Part shown: piece by piece, positions 54,673 to 64,000 of the stretch
Numbering within the stretch: position 1 is the first letter of the stretch
Layout: every line of letters starts with the position of its first letter
From: an uncultured candidate division Zixibacteria bacterium
Lineage (GTDB): Bacteria; Zixibacteria; MSB-5A5; GN15; FEB-12
Assembly (NCBI GenBank): GCA_963664195.1
Contig: OY760907.1
Coordinates: forward strand, 1,984,001-2,048,000
DNA length: 64,000 nt
Direction: 5' to 3'
Position numbers and translations under genes: made by a program
The notes under the pieces: model-generated
Database searches by the model: none
What the model saw: only the letters and a program-made list of their open reading frames with translations
What the model was told of the DNA's origin: nothing

Positions 54673-55622
54673 CTGTACACCTCCTTGGCGATTGCCACCA
54701 GTTCAGGAGGTATCTGCACATTGACGTGTCCGGCCGTCTTCTCGTTATAATGGAACCAGATGATATCCGGAGTTGAAACCGGAATGTGGCCCGGATCAGC
54801 ACCGTCGAGAACGGCGTTGACCGTGTAGCCGGCCTGACGACCTATCGCTTTGTAGTCGAAATCCAGGGCAAACAACGCGCCTGACTCCACCACGTGCCTG
54901 GAGAAGCCCATGAAGGGGAGGCCGCGACGCAGAACATTAAGCAGAATGAATTTCGTTGACTGCGGATCAAAGAGATTCGGGTCGGCGACCGACCAGAGTC
55001 CGTCTACCTGGCGGCAAAGTGAGTCCAGGGCCTGCGGCAGATCTTTGTGCGTCCGTATCTCCACAGCCACCAGTTCAATACCCATTTCAGAGGCCACCAC
55101 GCGAGAGTGCGGGATCAGCGGTGCCGTGTTCGAGGTGTACAGGACACCCAGCTTTTTCAGGTCCGGGACAATCTGTCGGAACTTGTCGAATTGCGTCTGT
55201 ACTGGAATGTCCAGAGAGGCACCGGTCATGTTCTGTCCCGGTCTGCTGGCCGACTCAACGAAGCCGGAGATTACCGGATACATCACCGAAGAAAACACGA
55301 TCGGAATGTCCGTGAACTGCTCCTTGGCGATCTGGGTGGCAGCGCTGCCGACGGTGAGAATGATGTTCGGTTTTGAAGCCCGAATCGACTCAATCTGCTC
55401 TGCTATTGTGGCGGGGTCTGTGGATAGAAGGAAGTCTACGAAATCTACCGATTCCTGACCACCGTTGATCACCGAGTGAGCGCCGCGGATTGTCCGCTGA
55501 GTCGATGTCAGACTGTCGCTGCATACTACCGCAACTGTCGCACCGACACCACTTCTGGCAAGTCCTGCGGTTAGCAGGAGCAACAAGAACGCGCTGCAGA
55601 GTTTACGAACGGCTTGTTTCAC
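54669..55622 (-). CDS. ABC-transporter-type substrate-binding protein (ABC_sub_bind)
   Basis: Signal peptide, IPIVFSSV, PGQNMTG, GALFAL..DY..IGRQAG; overlaps the kinase start. Confidence 0.85.
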   Translation of the reverse strand: MKQAVRKLCSAFLLLLLTAGLARSGVGATVAVVCSDSLTSTQRTIRGAHSVINGGQESVDFVDFLLSTDPATIAEQIESIRASKPNIILTVGSAATQIAKEQFTDIPIVFSSVMYPVISGFVESASRPGQNMTGASLDIPVQTQFDKFRQIVPDLKKLGVLYTSNTAPLIPHSRVVASEMGIELVAVEIRTHKDLPQALDSLCRQVDGLWSVADPNLFDPQSTKFILLNVLRRGLPFMGFSRHVVESGALFALDFDYKAIGRQAGYTVNAVLDGADPGHIPVSTPDIIWFHYNEKTAGHVNVQIPPELVAIAKEVYR

Positions 55623-55794
55623 GGAATCAGACTGTCCTCGCGGTCATGTAACTCTATATAAGGGAGGTCGGCAGGTTTCTAAATGCCAATAGTTGGCCGT
55701 AGCGCACTTGTCCGTCCTTAACAAAATGTATCGGGTGAACTTGCCAAAACTTGACTTAGACGTTGCCGGATTCAATTTGGCCGTTCAAAAACAC

Positions 55795-55809
55795 TGACAT
55801 GACGTGTCA
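55795..55809. promoter_or_regulatory. Palindromic operator candidate in the divergent promoter region
   Basis: TGACA-TGACG-TGTCA perfect 5-5-5 palindrome. Confidence 0.45.
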
Positions 55810-55929
55810 AGATTTCCACGGGGGGGCCGATACTTCAAAGGAAGAAGTGTTGATCGGACTCCTTGGACCTTGAGAAACTTCGAATGATCAAAATCGAACA
55901 AAACGCTGTATCATAATGGAGACAAAGCC

Positions 55930-58599
55930 TTGAATACTCGGCTGTCAATCCTCACCGCCATACTCCTCCTGTTTTGCCTGACTCTGTCACCCGGGCTGGT
56001 TTCTGCGAAGGTGTCGGGGAAGATATCGGGTATGGTTTCTGACTCAAAAACCGGGGAACCCATTACGGGGGCCTCTGTCAGAGTGGTCGGTACCAGTCTG
56101 GCCACGATGACTGATGAAGACGGTGAGTACTTCATTATTAACGTTCCGGCCGGTCAATATGACATTGCGGCCACGCACGTTGGTTTTGAAACGCTCACCA
56201 AAAAGGATGTCCGTGTGCTTCTCGACCTGACTACTCCGGTTGATTTCACCGTGGCGGAAGTCGCGGTTGAATTGGGCAACGAGGTTGTGGTGTACGCTGC
56301 CGCCCCTCCGGTTCAGAAAGACCTTACCTCCTCACGTGTAATTTTCACCGAAGAACGACTGAAGAATCTTCCGAACATTGTATCTGTGCAGTCTATCCTG
56401 GCCAACTATCCGGGTGTTGTTACAGATCGAAACAACGCTTTGCACGTTCGCGGTGGTCGTTCCGGACAGGTTACATACTATTATGATGGCTTCTCGATTC
56501 AGGACCCGTTCAGCGCGTCTGCGGGTATCCGAATTATGCCGTCGGCACTGGAAGAGCTGTCCCTGACCTCAGGTGGATTCACTTCTGAATACGGCGATGC
56601 CCTTTCGGGCGTGGTGAACGCCGTCACTCGTGAAGGAAACTCGCGCTTTCAGGGCAAGGCCCGGATTTACCAGGGTGCTACCCACGAGTACGATGTGAAT
56701 ACCGGCGACTGGGGCAAGCTATCGACGATCAAGAACCGTTCGGCCTCGTTCGACCTGTCAGGGCCAATACCGGGTCTTGCCGGCGAGAAGTATGCCTTCT
56801 TCACAGCCGGAGAGTATCTGCGCGACGATGGTTACCTGCCGCACAACTGGCAGACCGACTACACCGGCATCGCAAAGTTCACGGCACGGCCGATCTCAAA
56901 TCTGAAGCTGACGACTAACCTGACCGTCAACAAGTCTGACGGTGCCATATACTATCACCGTGACGTCAATGATGTCTCCTACGACTTCAACCTCGACGGT
57001 CTTCCGGTTTGGGAGCGTGATGCCTACGTGGCCGGGGTGGCAGGAAACTACTTCCTGTCCGAGCGATCTATCGTATTGCTGTCGTTCAATCGCTTTTATA
57101 CCCGGACCAAATCCGGCCCCGCACATCTGCTCGACAGGCATTGGAGCGAATGGCCCGGCTACTCTGAGGATGCCGACGGCGTGTACAACGGTGATATTCA
57201 GGTGGCGAACTACGGTAACATCATAGACGGCGAAGATCCCGCCCAGGTGGTAGGCTTCACCGCCGGTGACGACTTTGACCCCACTTACGGTTACAAGAAG
57301 TCGACCTACAACGCGTTCAACGGGACACTCGTGAACCAGTTGAGCAAGACCAACCAGTTGAAGACAGGATTCGAGTACCGCAAGTACGACGTCAACTGGG
57401 ACTTCAAGCAGTTCTACAACGAGCAGCCGTACGGTGAGCAGTACACTAGCAGCCCGACTTATGCTTCGATCTTTGTCGAGGACAAACTCGAATACGATGC
57501 GTTTGTGGTCAACGTCGGTATGCGTCTCGACTATCGCAACGCTGACATTGCTTACAACTACACTCCGGAAGACACGATGGCGCACTATCGGGACGCGGAG
57601 TCCTCGACTCGCATATCTCCTCGATTGGGATTGTCATTCCCGATTTCCGAGAGGTCAGTGATGCACTTCAACTACGGCGTCTATTACCAGGTGCCGAAAT
57701 ACACGTACCTGTACACCAACCTCAAGGGAGAGACAGAATCCGGACTGCCGCTGTTCGGTAACCCGGATCTGGAGCCAGAAGAGACGATTTCGTACGAGTT
57801 CGGCCTGGATCACATGATTGGCAGTAACATCAGACTTGATGTCACGGCCTACTACAAGGATATCAACGATCTGGTCACGACGAGAGAATTCGGCCGTATC
57901 AGTGGCAGCCCGATGACCAAGTACACTAATGATGACTATGGCTCTGTCAACGGTATCGATGTCGGTATCGAGCACTTGCCGGTCAACAGCAACCTCAGTG
58001 GATCAATCTCCTACGGGTACATGGTTGCCAAGGGCAGCGGCTCTTACGCGGACGAACCGTACTACACGATCATCGCGTCGGCGACTGACTCGCTCTATCC
58101 GGTATCCGACTACAGTCTCGATTTCGATCAGCGCCATACGGTAACGGCTACGCTTGACTATCGTGCCCCGGCTGACTGGTCTGCAAACCTGTTCGGATTG
58201 AAAGTGCCGGGCGCCTGGGGAATGTCTCTGGTCGGATACTACGGATCAGGGTTGCCGTACACGAAAACCGACAGCGACGGTCGACGGCTGGGAGATCGCA
58301 ACGAGGCGAGACTGCCCGCTACATACTCGGTCGATATGCGATTCAACAAGGATTTCTCTTTTGTCGGCAACAATCGCCAGTTGACCGTATTCCTCGAAGT
58401 ACAGAACCTCTTCGATCGCAGAAACGTGCTTGACGTGTACACGCGGACCGGCTCGCCGGATGATGACGCCGAGTTGGCCGGACAGGGACTCGAACTCAGT
58501 ACCAGCGATCTCGGAAGATACAACAAACTCTTTGATCACGACCCCCTGAACTTCTCCGCCCCTCGCACTATTAGAACGGGTCTGGAGTTCAGCTTTTAA
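55930..58599 (+). CDS. TonB-dependent receptor with N-terminal CarboxypepD_reg-like domain
   Basis: GKISGMVSDSKTGEPI, LHVRGGR, GGFTSEYG, SPRLG, GNPDLEPEET, C-terminal GLEFSF. Confidence 0.93.
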   Translation: MNTRLSILTAILLLFCLTLSPGLVSAKVSGKISGMVSDSKTGEPITGASVRVVGTSLATMTDEDGEYFIINVPAGQYDIAATHVGFETLTKKDVRVLLDLTTPVDFTVAEVAVELGNEVVVYAAAPPVQKDLTSSRVIFTEERLKNLPNIVSVQSILANYPGVVTDRNNALHVRGGRSGQVTYYYDGFSIQDPFSASAGIRIMPSALEELSLTSGGFTSEYGDALSGVVNAVTREGNSRFQGKARIYQGATHEYDVNTGDWGKLSTIKNRSASFDLSGPIPGLAGEKYAFFTAGEYLRDDGYLPHNWQTDYTGIAKFTARPISNLKLTTNLTVNKSDGAIYYHRDVNDVSYDFNLDGLPVWERDAYVAGVAGNYFLSERSIVLLSFNRFYTRTKSGPAHLLDRHWSEWPGYSEDADGVYNGDIQVANYGNIIDGEDPAQVVGFTAGDDFDPTYGYKKSTYNAFNGTLVNQLSKTNQLKTGFEYRKYDVNWDFKQFYNEQPYGEQYTSSPTYASIFVEDKLEYDAFVVNVGMRLDYRNADIAYNYTPEDTMAHYRDAESSTRISPRLGLSFPISERSVMHFNYGVYYQVPKYTYLYTNLKGETESGLPLFGNPDLEPEETISYEFGLDHMIGSNIRLDVTAYYKDINDLVTTREFGRISGSPMTKYTNDDYGSVNGIDVGIEHLPVNSNLSGSISYGYMVAKGSGSYADEPYYTIIASATDSLYPVSDYSLDFDQRHTVTATLDYRAPADWSANLFGLKVPGAWGMSLVGYYGSGLPYTKTDSDGRRLGDRNEARLPATYSVDMRFNKDFSFVGNNRQLTVFLEVQNLFDRRNVLDVYTRTGSPDDDAELAGQGLELSTSDLGRYNKLFDHDPLNFSAPRTIRTGLEFSF

Positions 58600-58614
58600 T
58601 CTGGAGCACGTGAC

Positions 58615-61404
58615 ATGAAAAAGACCTTGAGAATTATTCTACCGATTTTGAGCGTCCTTGCTGTTGCGCTCTGCCTGATTTCGACTTCTGAGGCACGACT
58701 CCAGTCAGAATCAACACCGTACGCACTCCCCGGCACCGCAGCGACCGGTGGCACGGAGGGGGGCGATGGCCCGCTGAGGACTCCTGCGCTCAACATTCAG
58801 GACGTAATCCTGCACAGCCAGGGCAACCTCATTACCACTATTCATAACTTTGGACTGGTTGGCGGTCTCAGCGACATCGGCGCACCTTCGGGTAGATGGC
58901 CAGCCAATAGCGGCCATGACTACGTCGCAGAGATCAAGTACTGGATGGGTGCTGTAACAGCCGCCGGCGACACGCTGGTTGCCAATACCGATCAAGACTT
59001 CAGAGGCATGGCGATTCCGGAATTAAGTCCGTCGGGTCTCGAAGGTCCGAGCATTCTCCTGTCTACTGATTCCTCTCGCTACTGGGACTGGAATCCGAGT
59101 GACACTACCGGGCAGTCAGGCGGCAATCCGGCCGGCGGCTGGAGAGTCTGGGATCCGGACCGGCAGGAAATGGTCTACCAGGAAAATTACAACCCGTTTG
59201 ATTCCTCCTATTTCCAGGGCGGTCCGATTGGCGTGCAGCAATCACACTATCTCTTTAACGACGCTAATCTCGGTCGTCCTCTGCTGGGTCTCGAGATGAC
59301 CCACACAGTGTTGCAGTGGAACTACTGCTATAATGAGGACTTCCTTTTCTTCATCATAGAAATCACAAACAATTCCGACGAGGACTACAATGATTTCGCC
59401 TTCGGTCTGTACGTGGACCTTGATGTAGGTGGCCCGGCCGCAGGTGGGGAAGGCAACGGCCGACTCGGTGATCTTGTCGCCTGCGACGTTGACCAGAATC
59501 TTGCCTGGACTTACGACGCCGACGGATATGATCCGGGCTGGGGACCAGAGGTCGAGACCGGCATCATGGGCACCAAATACTTAGAGACCCCCGACGACAT
59601 CGGCATGACCGCTTTCCGATCTGGCGAGTGGGATTTGCTGCCGGCGTTTGACCCGGGCCGTTACGAATTGATTGCCAGTGAGCAGTTCGACGAGTCCGAC
59701 GAACCGTTAGACCAATACTATATTCAGTGTACACGCGGCATCAATCTCGAAGCCGGCAAGACAGTGCGCGTTGTGTACGCGCTGATCGCCGGAGCAGACG
59801 AGGCTGATTTCCGAGCTAACGCTGACCTGGCTCAAGATCTGTACGACAGCCATTTCATCGGTCCGGAACCGCCTCCCGCTCCGACACTGCGAGTCGAGGC
59901 CGGTGATGAAAAAGCGTACGTCTATTGGGATGATGTTGCCCAGGACGAGTCACTGGATCCGTTCTCCGGACAAAATGACTTTGGCGGATACAAGTTGTAC
60001 CGAAGCAATGATCGTGGATTGACATGGGGGACGCCGATTTACTGGACCGGCAATACCTGTCATTCAGAAGACTATAAGCCGATCTCACAGTGGACCGCCG
60101 TCACTTCCAGCGATCTGATGCCAAGTTCCTATATTGATTCCGGACTCATCAACGGCGTAGAGTATTGGTACTCTCTGGTTGCCTTTGATACCGGATCGAT
60201 TGACCTGGGAGTCGATGCTCTCCAGTGTGGGTACGGGACTCCCGGAGTCTCCACCAACGCGGTGAGTATCACGCCCCGGACCGACCCGGCCGGATCGTAC
60301 GAGTCCGCGGGCACGGTTAGCCGCAGTTATGACGGCATCTACGAGCAGTCTGCCGGTGAGTGCTATCCAACGGTCTTCCGCGATGCTGATCTGGTTGGTG
60401 CGGATTACCGAGTGGTCTTTGAGGATACGCCTCAAAGAACCTACTGGCACCTGATCAACGAGACTACCGGTGACACGGTGCTTGCGAATCAAACGGAGTA
60501 TCCGTCTGACCCCAATCAGTTTGAGGTGGTCGAGGGCCTTCGTGTTGTCATGCGTAATGCCGACCACACACCGTCGGCCGCAGGTCAATCCGTTCTGACC
60601 GGAGACAATCCTACGCTTACGCTCGGCGCGTATTACGGTCTTTCAATACCCGCCTTGACTGACGATCAATCGCAGATATACGGCGACGAACATTGTCGAA
60701 CCGATTACGAACTGCGATACACCGGTGATTCTACTCTGGCTCCGTCGGCCTACGAAGGTTTCGGATGGGCTGACCCGGTTTGCTGGATTCCGTTCGAGGT
60801 CTGGAACATGCGGACCAACGAACGCGTTTCGCTTGCGGTTGCGGAGCCCAACTTCTCTTATGACGGTGTCTGGCAACCCTGGGAACCAATGGCCATCGTC
60901 AATTATCCGTATGACCCGTCTCAGAATCTTACGGCGGAGGCGTTCCCGTATTACTTCTCGTGGTTGTTCTCATTTGATTGGGAAACGTATGCCCCGGCCG
61001 TTGGCGACGTATTCACTTTTATAGGTCCGTTGCTCAACAGTCCTAACGATGAGTTTACGTTCAGTGTCGACGGCATCAACCCTGCTAAGGCAAAGGAAGC
61101 CCTCAGCGAGGTTCGGGTCGTGCCCGATCCGTATTACGCTACTTCTGCAGGTACATACAATACATGGGAGGATCAGGAAGGGGAGAACGTTCTGCAGTTC
61201 CAGAACGTGCCCGATAAGTGTACGATACGTATTTACACTCTCGCGGGCGATCTGATTCGCACTCTTGAAAATACTGATGGTTCCGGGACAATTGTCTGGG
61301 ATATGCTCACCGACGGACAACGATTGATTGCTTCGGGAATATACATCTATCACCTTGAATCTGAGTACGGTAATCGGCTGGGCCGGTTTGCCGTAGTTAA
61401 GTGA
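58615..61404 (+). CDS. Large secreted protein with FN3-like region and C-terminal T9SS-CTD/FlgD-Ig-like domain
   Basis: Signal peptide; GYKLYRS, YWYSLVAFD; tail VRVVPDPY...IRIYTLAGDLIRTL...WD...ASGIYIY...FAVVK. Confidence 0.75.
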   Translation: MKKTLRIILPILSVLAVALCLISTSEARLQSESTPYALPGTAATGGTEGGDGPLRTPALNIQDVILHSQGNLITTIHNFGLVGGLSDIGAPSGRWPANSGHDYVAEIKYWMGAVTAAGDTLVANTDQDFRGMAIPELSPSGLEGPSILLSTDSSRYWDWNPSDTTGQSGGNPAGGWRVWDPDRQEMVYQENYNPFDSSYFQGGPIGVQQSHYLFNDANLGRPLLGLEMTHTVLQWNYCYNEDFLFFIIEITNNSDEDYNDFAFGLYVDLDVGGPAAGGEGNGRLGDLVACDVDQNLAWTYDADGYDPGWGPEVETGIMGTKYLETPDDIGMTAFRSGEWDLLPAFDPGRYELIASEQFDESDEPLDQYYIQCTRGINLEAGKTVRVVYALIAGADEADFRANADLAQDLYDSHFIGPEPPPAPTLRVEAGDEKAYVYWDDVAQDESLDPFSGQNDFGGYKLYRSNDRGLTWGTPIYWTGNTCHSEDYKPISQWTAVTSSDLMPSSYIDSGLINGVEYWYSLVAFDTGSIDLGVDALQCGYGTPGVSTNAVSITPRTDPAGSYESAGTVSRSYDGIYEQSAGECYPTVFRDADLVGADYRVVFEDTPQRTYWHLINETTGDTVLANQTEYPSDPNQFEVVEGLRVVMRNADHTPSAAGQSVLTGDNPTLTLGAYYGLSIPALTDDQSQIYGDEHCRTDYELRYTGDSTLAPSAYEGFGWADPVCWIPFEVWNMRTNERVSLAVAEPNFSYDGVWQPWEPMAIVNYPYDPSQNLTAEAFPYYFSWLFSFDWETYAPAVGDVFTFIGPLLNSPNDEFTFSVDGINPAKAKEALSEVRVVPDPYYATSAGTYNTWEDQEGENVLQFQNVPDKCTIRIYTLAGDLIRTLENTDGSGTIVWDMLTDGQRLIASGIYIYHLESEYGNRLGRFAVVK

Positions 61405-61415
61405 TGGAGGCCACC

Positions 61416-62414
61416 ATGAGAAGACTCATAATACTGATGGTTATCATGGCGTTGGCCGGAACGGCTTTGGCCGATGAGCGGCAGGTTGGCTCCGCCGGCG
61501 CGCAGTTTCTTAAGATTGGCGTTGGCTCCAAGTACCAGGGAATGGCCGAAGCCTCGGTTGCTTCCGTCAACGACGTCTATTCGCTGTATTGGAATCCGGC
61601 CGGTATGGTCGAGGTCGAGAACTGGGCGGTCGGTTTCACCAACGTGAACTGGCTGCTGGATATTGACCTGAACTACGTTGGCATTGCTCGCAAGTTTGAA
61701 GATGTCGGTACGTTTGGTGTCTCGGTCACTGTGCTCTCGACAGGAGAGCAGGAGATCACCACCGTGGATCAGCAGGACGGCACCGGCCAGACGTATTCTG
61801 CGTCATCATACGCAATCGGGCTTTCGTATGCCCGACAGCTCACGAACCGCTTCGCGTTTGGCGTCACCGGCAAACTCCTGGGGGAGAAGATCGGCAAAGT
61901 TGATGCCCGGGGTATGGCGTTTGACTTCGGTACCCTGTTGTACACGGGATTCGAGAGTCTGAGACTCGGCATGTCTATCAGCAATATGGGACCGGATATG
62001 AAATTCACCGGCACGGGTCTCCAGGTGCCCTACGATCCCAATGATGGTAACGACAACAACACGGCCGTCGATGCCCAGTTGGCGACCAATGATTATAACC
62101 TGCCCATGACCTTCCGGGTCGGGCTGGCCTATGACGTTCCGGTTGGTCCGAGATCTATTCTGACGCTCTCCAGTGAGTTCAAGCACCCCAACGACAACGT
62201 CCAGCAGGGCTCGTTCGGCGGACAGTTTGCCTACAACGAGCAGTTCTTCCTTCGTGGCGGATACAAGATCAACTACGATGAAGAAACCTTGGCTCTCGGC
62301 GGCGGTTTGGACACGAAAGTCACCGGAGACACGCGCTTGATGATTGATTACTCGTGGCAGGATTTTGGACGCCTGGAATCAACACAGAGATTTTCGGTGG
62401 GATTTACGTTCTAA
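61416..62414 (+). CDS. PorV/PorQ-family outer membrane barrel
   Basis: AQFLKIGVG...GMAEA...YWNPAG, GLSYAR, LPMTFRVG, terminal RFSVGFTF. Confidence 0.85.
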   Translation: MRRLIILMVIMALAGTALADERQVGSAGAQFLKIGVGSKYQGMAEASVASVNDVYSLYWNPAGMVEVENWAVGFTNVNWLLDIDLNYVGIARKFEDVGTFGVSVTVLSTGEQEITTVDQQDGTGQTYSASSYAIGLSYARQLTNRFAFGVTGKLLGEKIGKVDARGMAFDFGTLLYTGFESLRLGMSISNMGPDMKFTGTGLQVPYDPNDGNDNNTAVDAQLATNDYNLPMTFRVGLAYDVPVGPRSILTLSSEFKHPNDNVQQGSFGGQFAYNEQFFLRGGYKINYDEETLALGGGLDTKVTGDTRLMIDYSWQDFGRLESTQRFSVGFTF

Positions 62415-62432
62415 ATCCGCCTTCACCATATG

Positions 62433-62460
62433 AAAGCCCGCCTTTGGCGGGCTTTTTTTT
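62433..62460 (+). terminator. Rho-independent terminator
   Basis: AAAGCCCGCC-TTT-GGCGGGCTTT followed by more Ts. Confidence 0.9.
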
Positions 62461-62531
62461 CGTCCGATCTGGACACGCAGGGTAAAACTGGTTATACTGA
62501 CGTAGGTCCATTCACAGCAGGGAAACTAATA

Positions 62532-64000
62532 ATGAGTCTAGTGAGAAGTCGTGTCTATGTTCTGGGGTTGACAATCCTTTTGTTAGCCTCGAGTCTGAGT
62601 GCTCAATCCCACAGCAGTAACCGCCAGGATCAGAATTCAGGTGGTCTGCCTACTCTTACGCAATATTTCGAGCTTCTTGAGTTCGACAATCTCGATATCG
62701 CCAGGGATTTGTGGACACCGGAAGCTCTCGAACGGTCTGGACGGTTCGGGATCACCTTCGCCGATATTCCGCTGAAAGTCGACTGTGGTTCGCCGATCAT
62801 TCGCAATCTGGATGTCATGCGTTACAACCTCCAGCCGCCCGTCAGGAGACATACGCCAATCAATGGTGGTGCGTGGAGTCGACTCGATTTCTCGCGTGTA
62901 GTCGGGAGTTCCAGTGTGAAGTACTCCTATTTTGCCGAAAAACGGGGCGATTGGTACTGGCTGGGTTATCCGCAGGATTGCTGGGGCGGTGCCTGGGATG
63001 TAGTCGAGAGCAAATACTTCCGCGTGCACGTGCATCCGGATGTTGCCGAATACGTCAATCAACCGACTCTTGATGAAGCGGACCTGTTTATCGAGGCAAT
63101 GATTGATACGCTCGACATCTCCAAGGAAATGCGCAAACAGATCGAAGAAAAAAAGATCGAGTATTTCTACTGCGCCTCCGACACGGTGGTCGAGGAGATC
63201 ACCGGTCATCGGGTCAAAGGCACCATGGATATGGCCTCCAACGATGTTATCTCCGCGGTCTTTCCTCATTTCCACGAAATCATGCATTTGCTGATCAACA
63301 TTAAGCTGCAGGAACTGCCGCTGTACACGCTGCCGATCATGCGCGAGGGTATCGCGGTGCGCTACGGTGGTCGCTGGGGAAAGAAGAGCACTGCCCTGAT
63401 GGAACTCGGCGTGTTTCTGTATCGCGAGAAACTGGTAGAGCTTGATTCCGTTCTCACCATGTCAGGCTTTGATACTGAAACCGGCGCGGATATCGTTTAT
63501 CCGGTGGCCGGTGTTTTCAACGCATATCTTCTAGAGGAACTCGGACTGGAAAAGACGCTCAACCTGTATCTCCAGATGTCCGGTCGTTTCGATGATCTGG
63601 CGCAGTTGACCTCGTCTGACATTAAGAACATCATCATCGGTGTTACCGGTCATGATGATTGGGCAGCACTGATTGCCGACTTCGACAAGTATGTCGAGGA
63701 GCAAATATCGAAGCACTCCTTCGCCCTTCCGGGTGAGTTGGAAAAAGGCAAGACCATCCTCACTGCTGAAAGTCTGGTGGTGAAGGAAGACAAGCACTGG
63801 CTTGGCTTTGAATTCACGCCTCCGAAGATTGACGGTCTGAATGGATCGAACTTCCTGTTTGACAGAAACGATGCGCTCGTTGGGCAGCAGTCATCGCTTT
63901 TTGAGGAACACTACGGGGATGCTCAGGAATTCAGCGGCTATCGTTACAGTGTCCGAGTGGACCAGAACGAGGCCGGCCTGTACGACTACGTGACCAACCA
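62532..64000 (+). CDS. Secreted gluzincin-like metallopeptidase (5' partial; runs off the window end)
   Basis: Not in the ORF track; hand translation MSLVRSRVYVLGLTILLLASSLSAQ... with HEIMH followed by MREGIA (HExxH + downstream E). Confidence 0.7.
   Translation, partial: MSLVRSRVYVLGLTILLLASSLSAQSHSSNRQDQNSGGLPTLTQYFELLEFDNLDIARDLWTPEALERSGRFGITFADIPLKVDCGSPIIRNLDVMRYNLQPPVRRHTPINGGAWSRLDFSRVVGSSSVKYSYFAEKRGDWYWLGYPQDCWGGAWDVVESKYFRVHVHPDVAEYVNQPTLDEADLFIEAMIDTLDISKEMRKQIEEKKIEYFYCASDTVVEEITGHRVKGTMDMASNDVISAVFPHFHEIMHLLINIKLQELPLYTLPIMREGIAVRYGGRWGKKSTALMELGVFLYREKLVELDSVLTMSGFDTETGADIVYPVAGVFNAYLLEELGLEKTLNLYLQMSGRFDDLAQLTSSDIKNIIIGVTGHDDWAALIADFDKYVEEQISKHSFALPGELEKGKTILTAESLVVKEDKHWLGFEFTPPKIDGLNGSNFLFDRNDALVGQQSSLFEEHYGDAQEFSGYRYSVRVDQNEAGLYDYVTN

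Overview
A 64 kb bacterial chromosomal window with mostly GC-rich coding sequence. It is most likely from candidate division Zixibacteria (FCB group); this is inferred from the repeated Cys-framed dockerin-like domain and the TonB receptor/CTD-protein/PorV cluster. Left third (housekeeping): a membrane glycosylation cluster (flippase-like, YfhO GT-C, polyprenol-P-mannose synthase, GT2, WecA), accA, Trm112-like, PTS EIIA, mreC-mreD-mrdA-rodA without mreB, an aspartyl protease, an OMP, and gap-pgk-tpiA-secG-tRNA-Leu. Middle (accessory-rich): five secreted modular proteins sharing a dockerin-like module, one of which also has an N-terminal cohesin-like domain; a PAS-LuxR regulator; a frameshifted pyruvate kinase; a deacetylase lacking its catalytic residues; a UDG-like gene; a NarL/ATP-cone/degenerate-ECF/HisKA-only cassette with a thrice-repeated operator; class II RNR (nrdJ); and an AT-richer four-gene island (2-TM protein, RHH, SDH/ClpP-like protease, small protein). 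Right end: acpS-pyrE, a binding-protein-coupled multi-component phosphorelay, a divergent TonB receptor/CTD cargo/PorV operon, and a partial gluzincin peptidase. No CRISPR array, rRNA, integrase or transposase was seen. All family calls come from reading motifs by eye; no searches were run.
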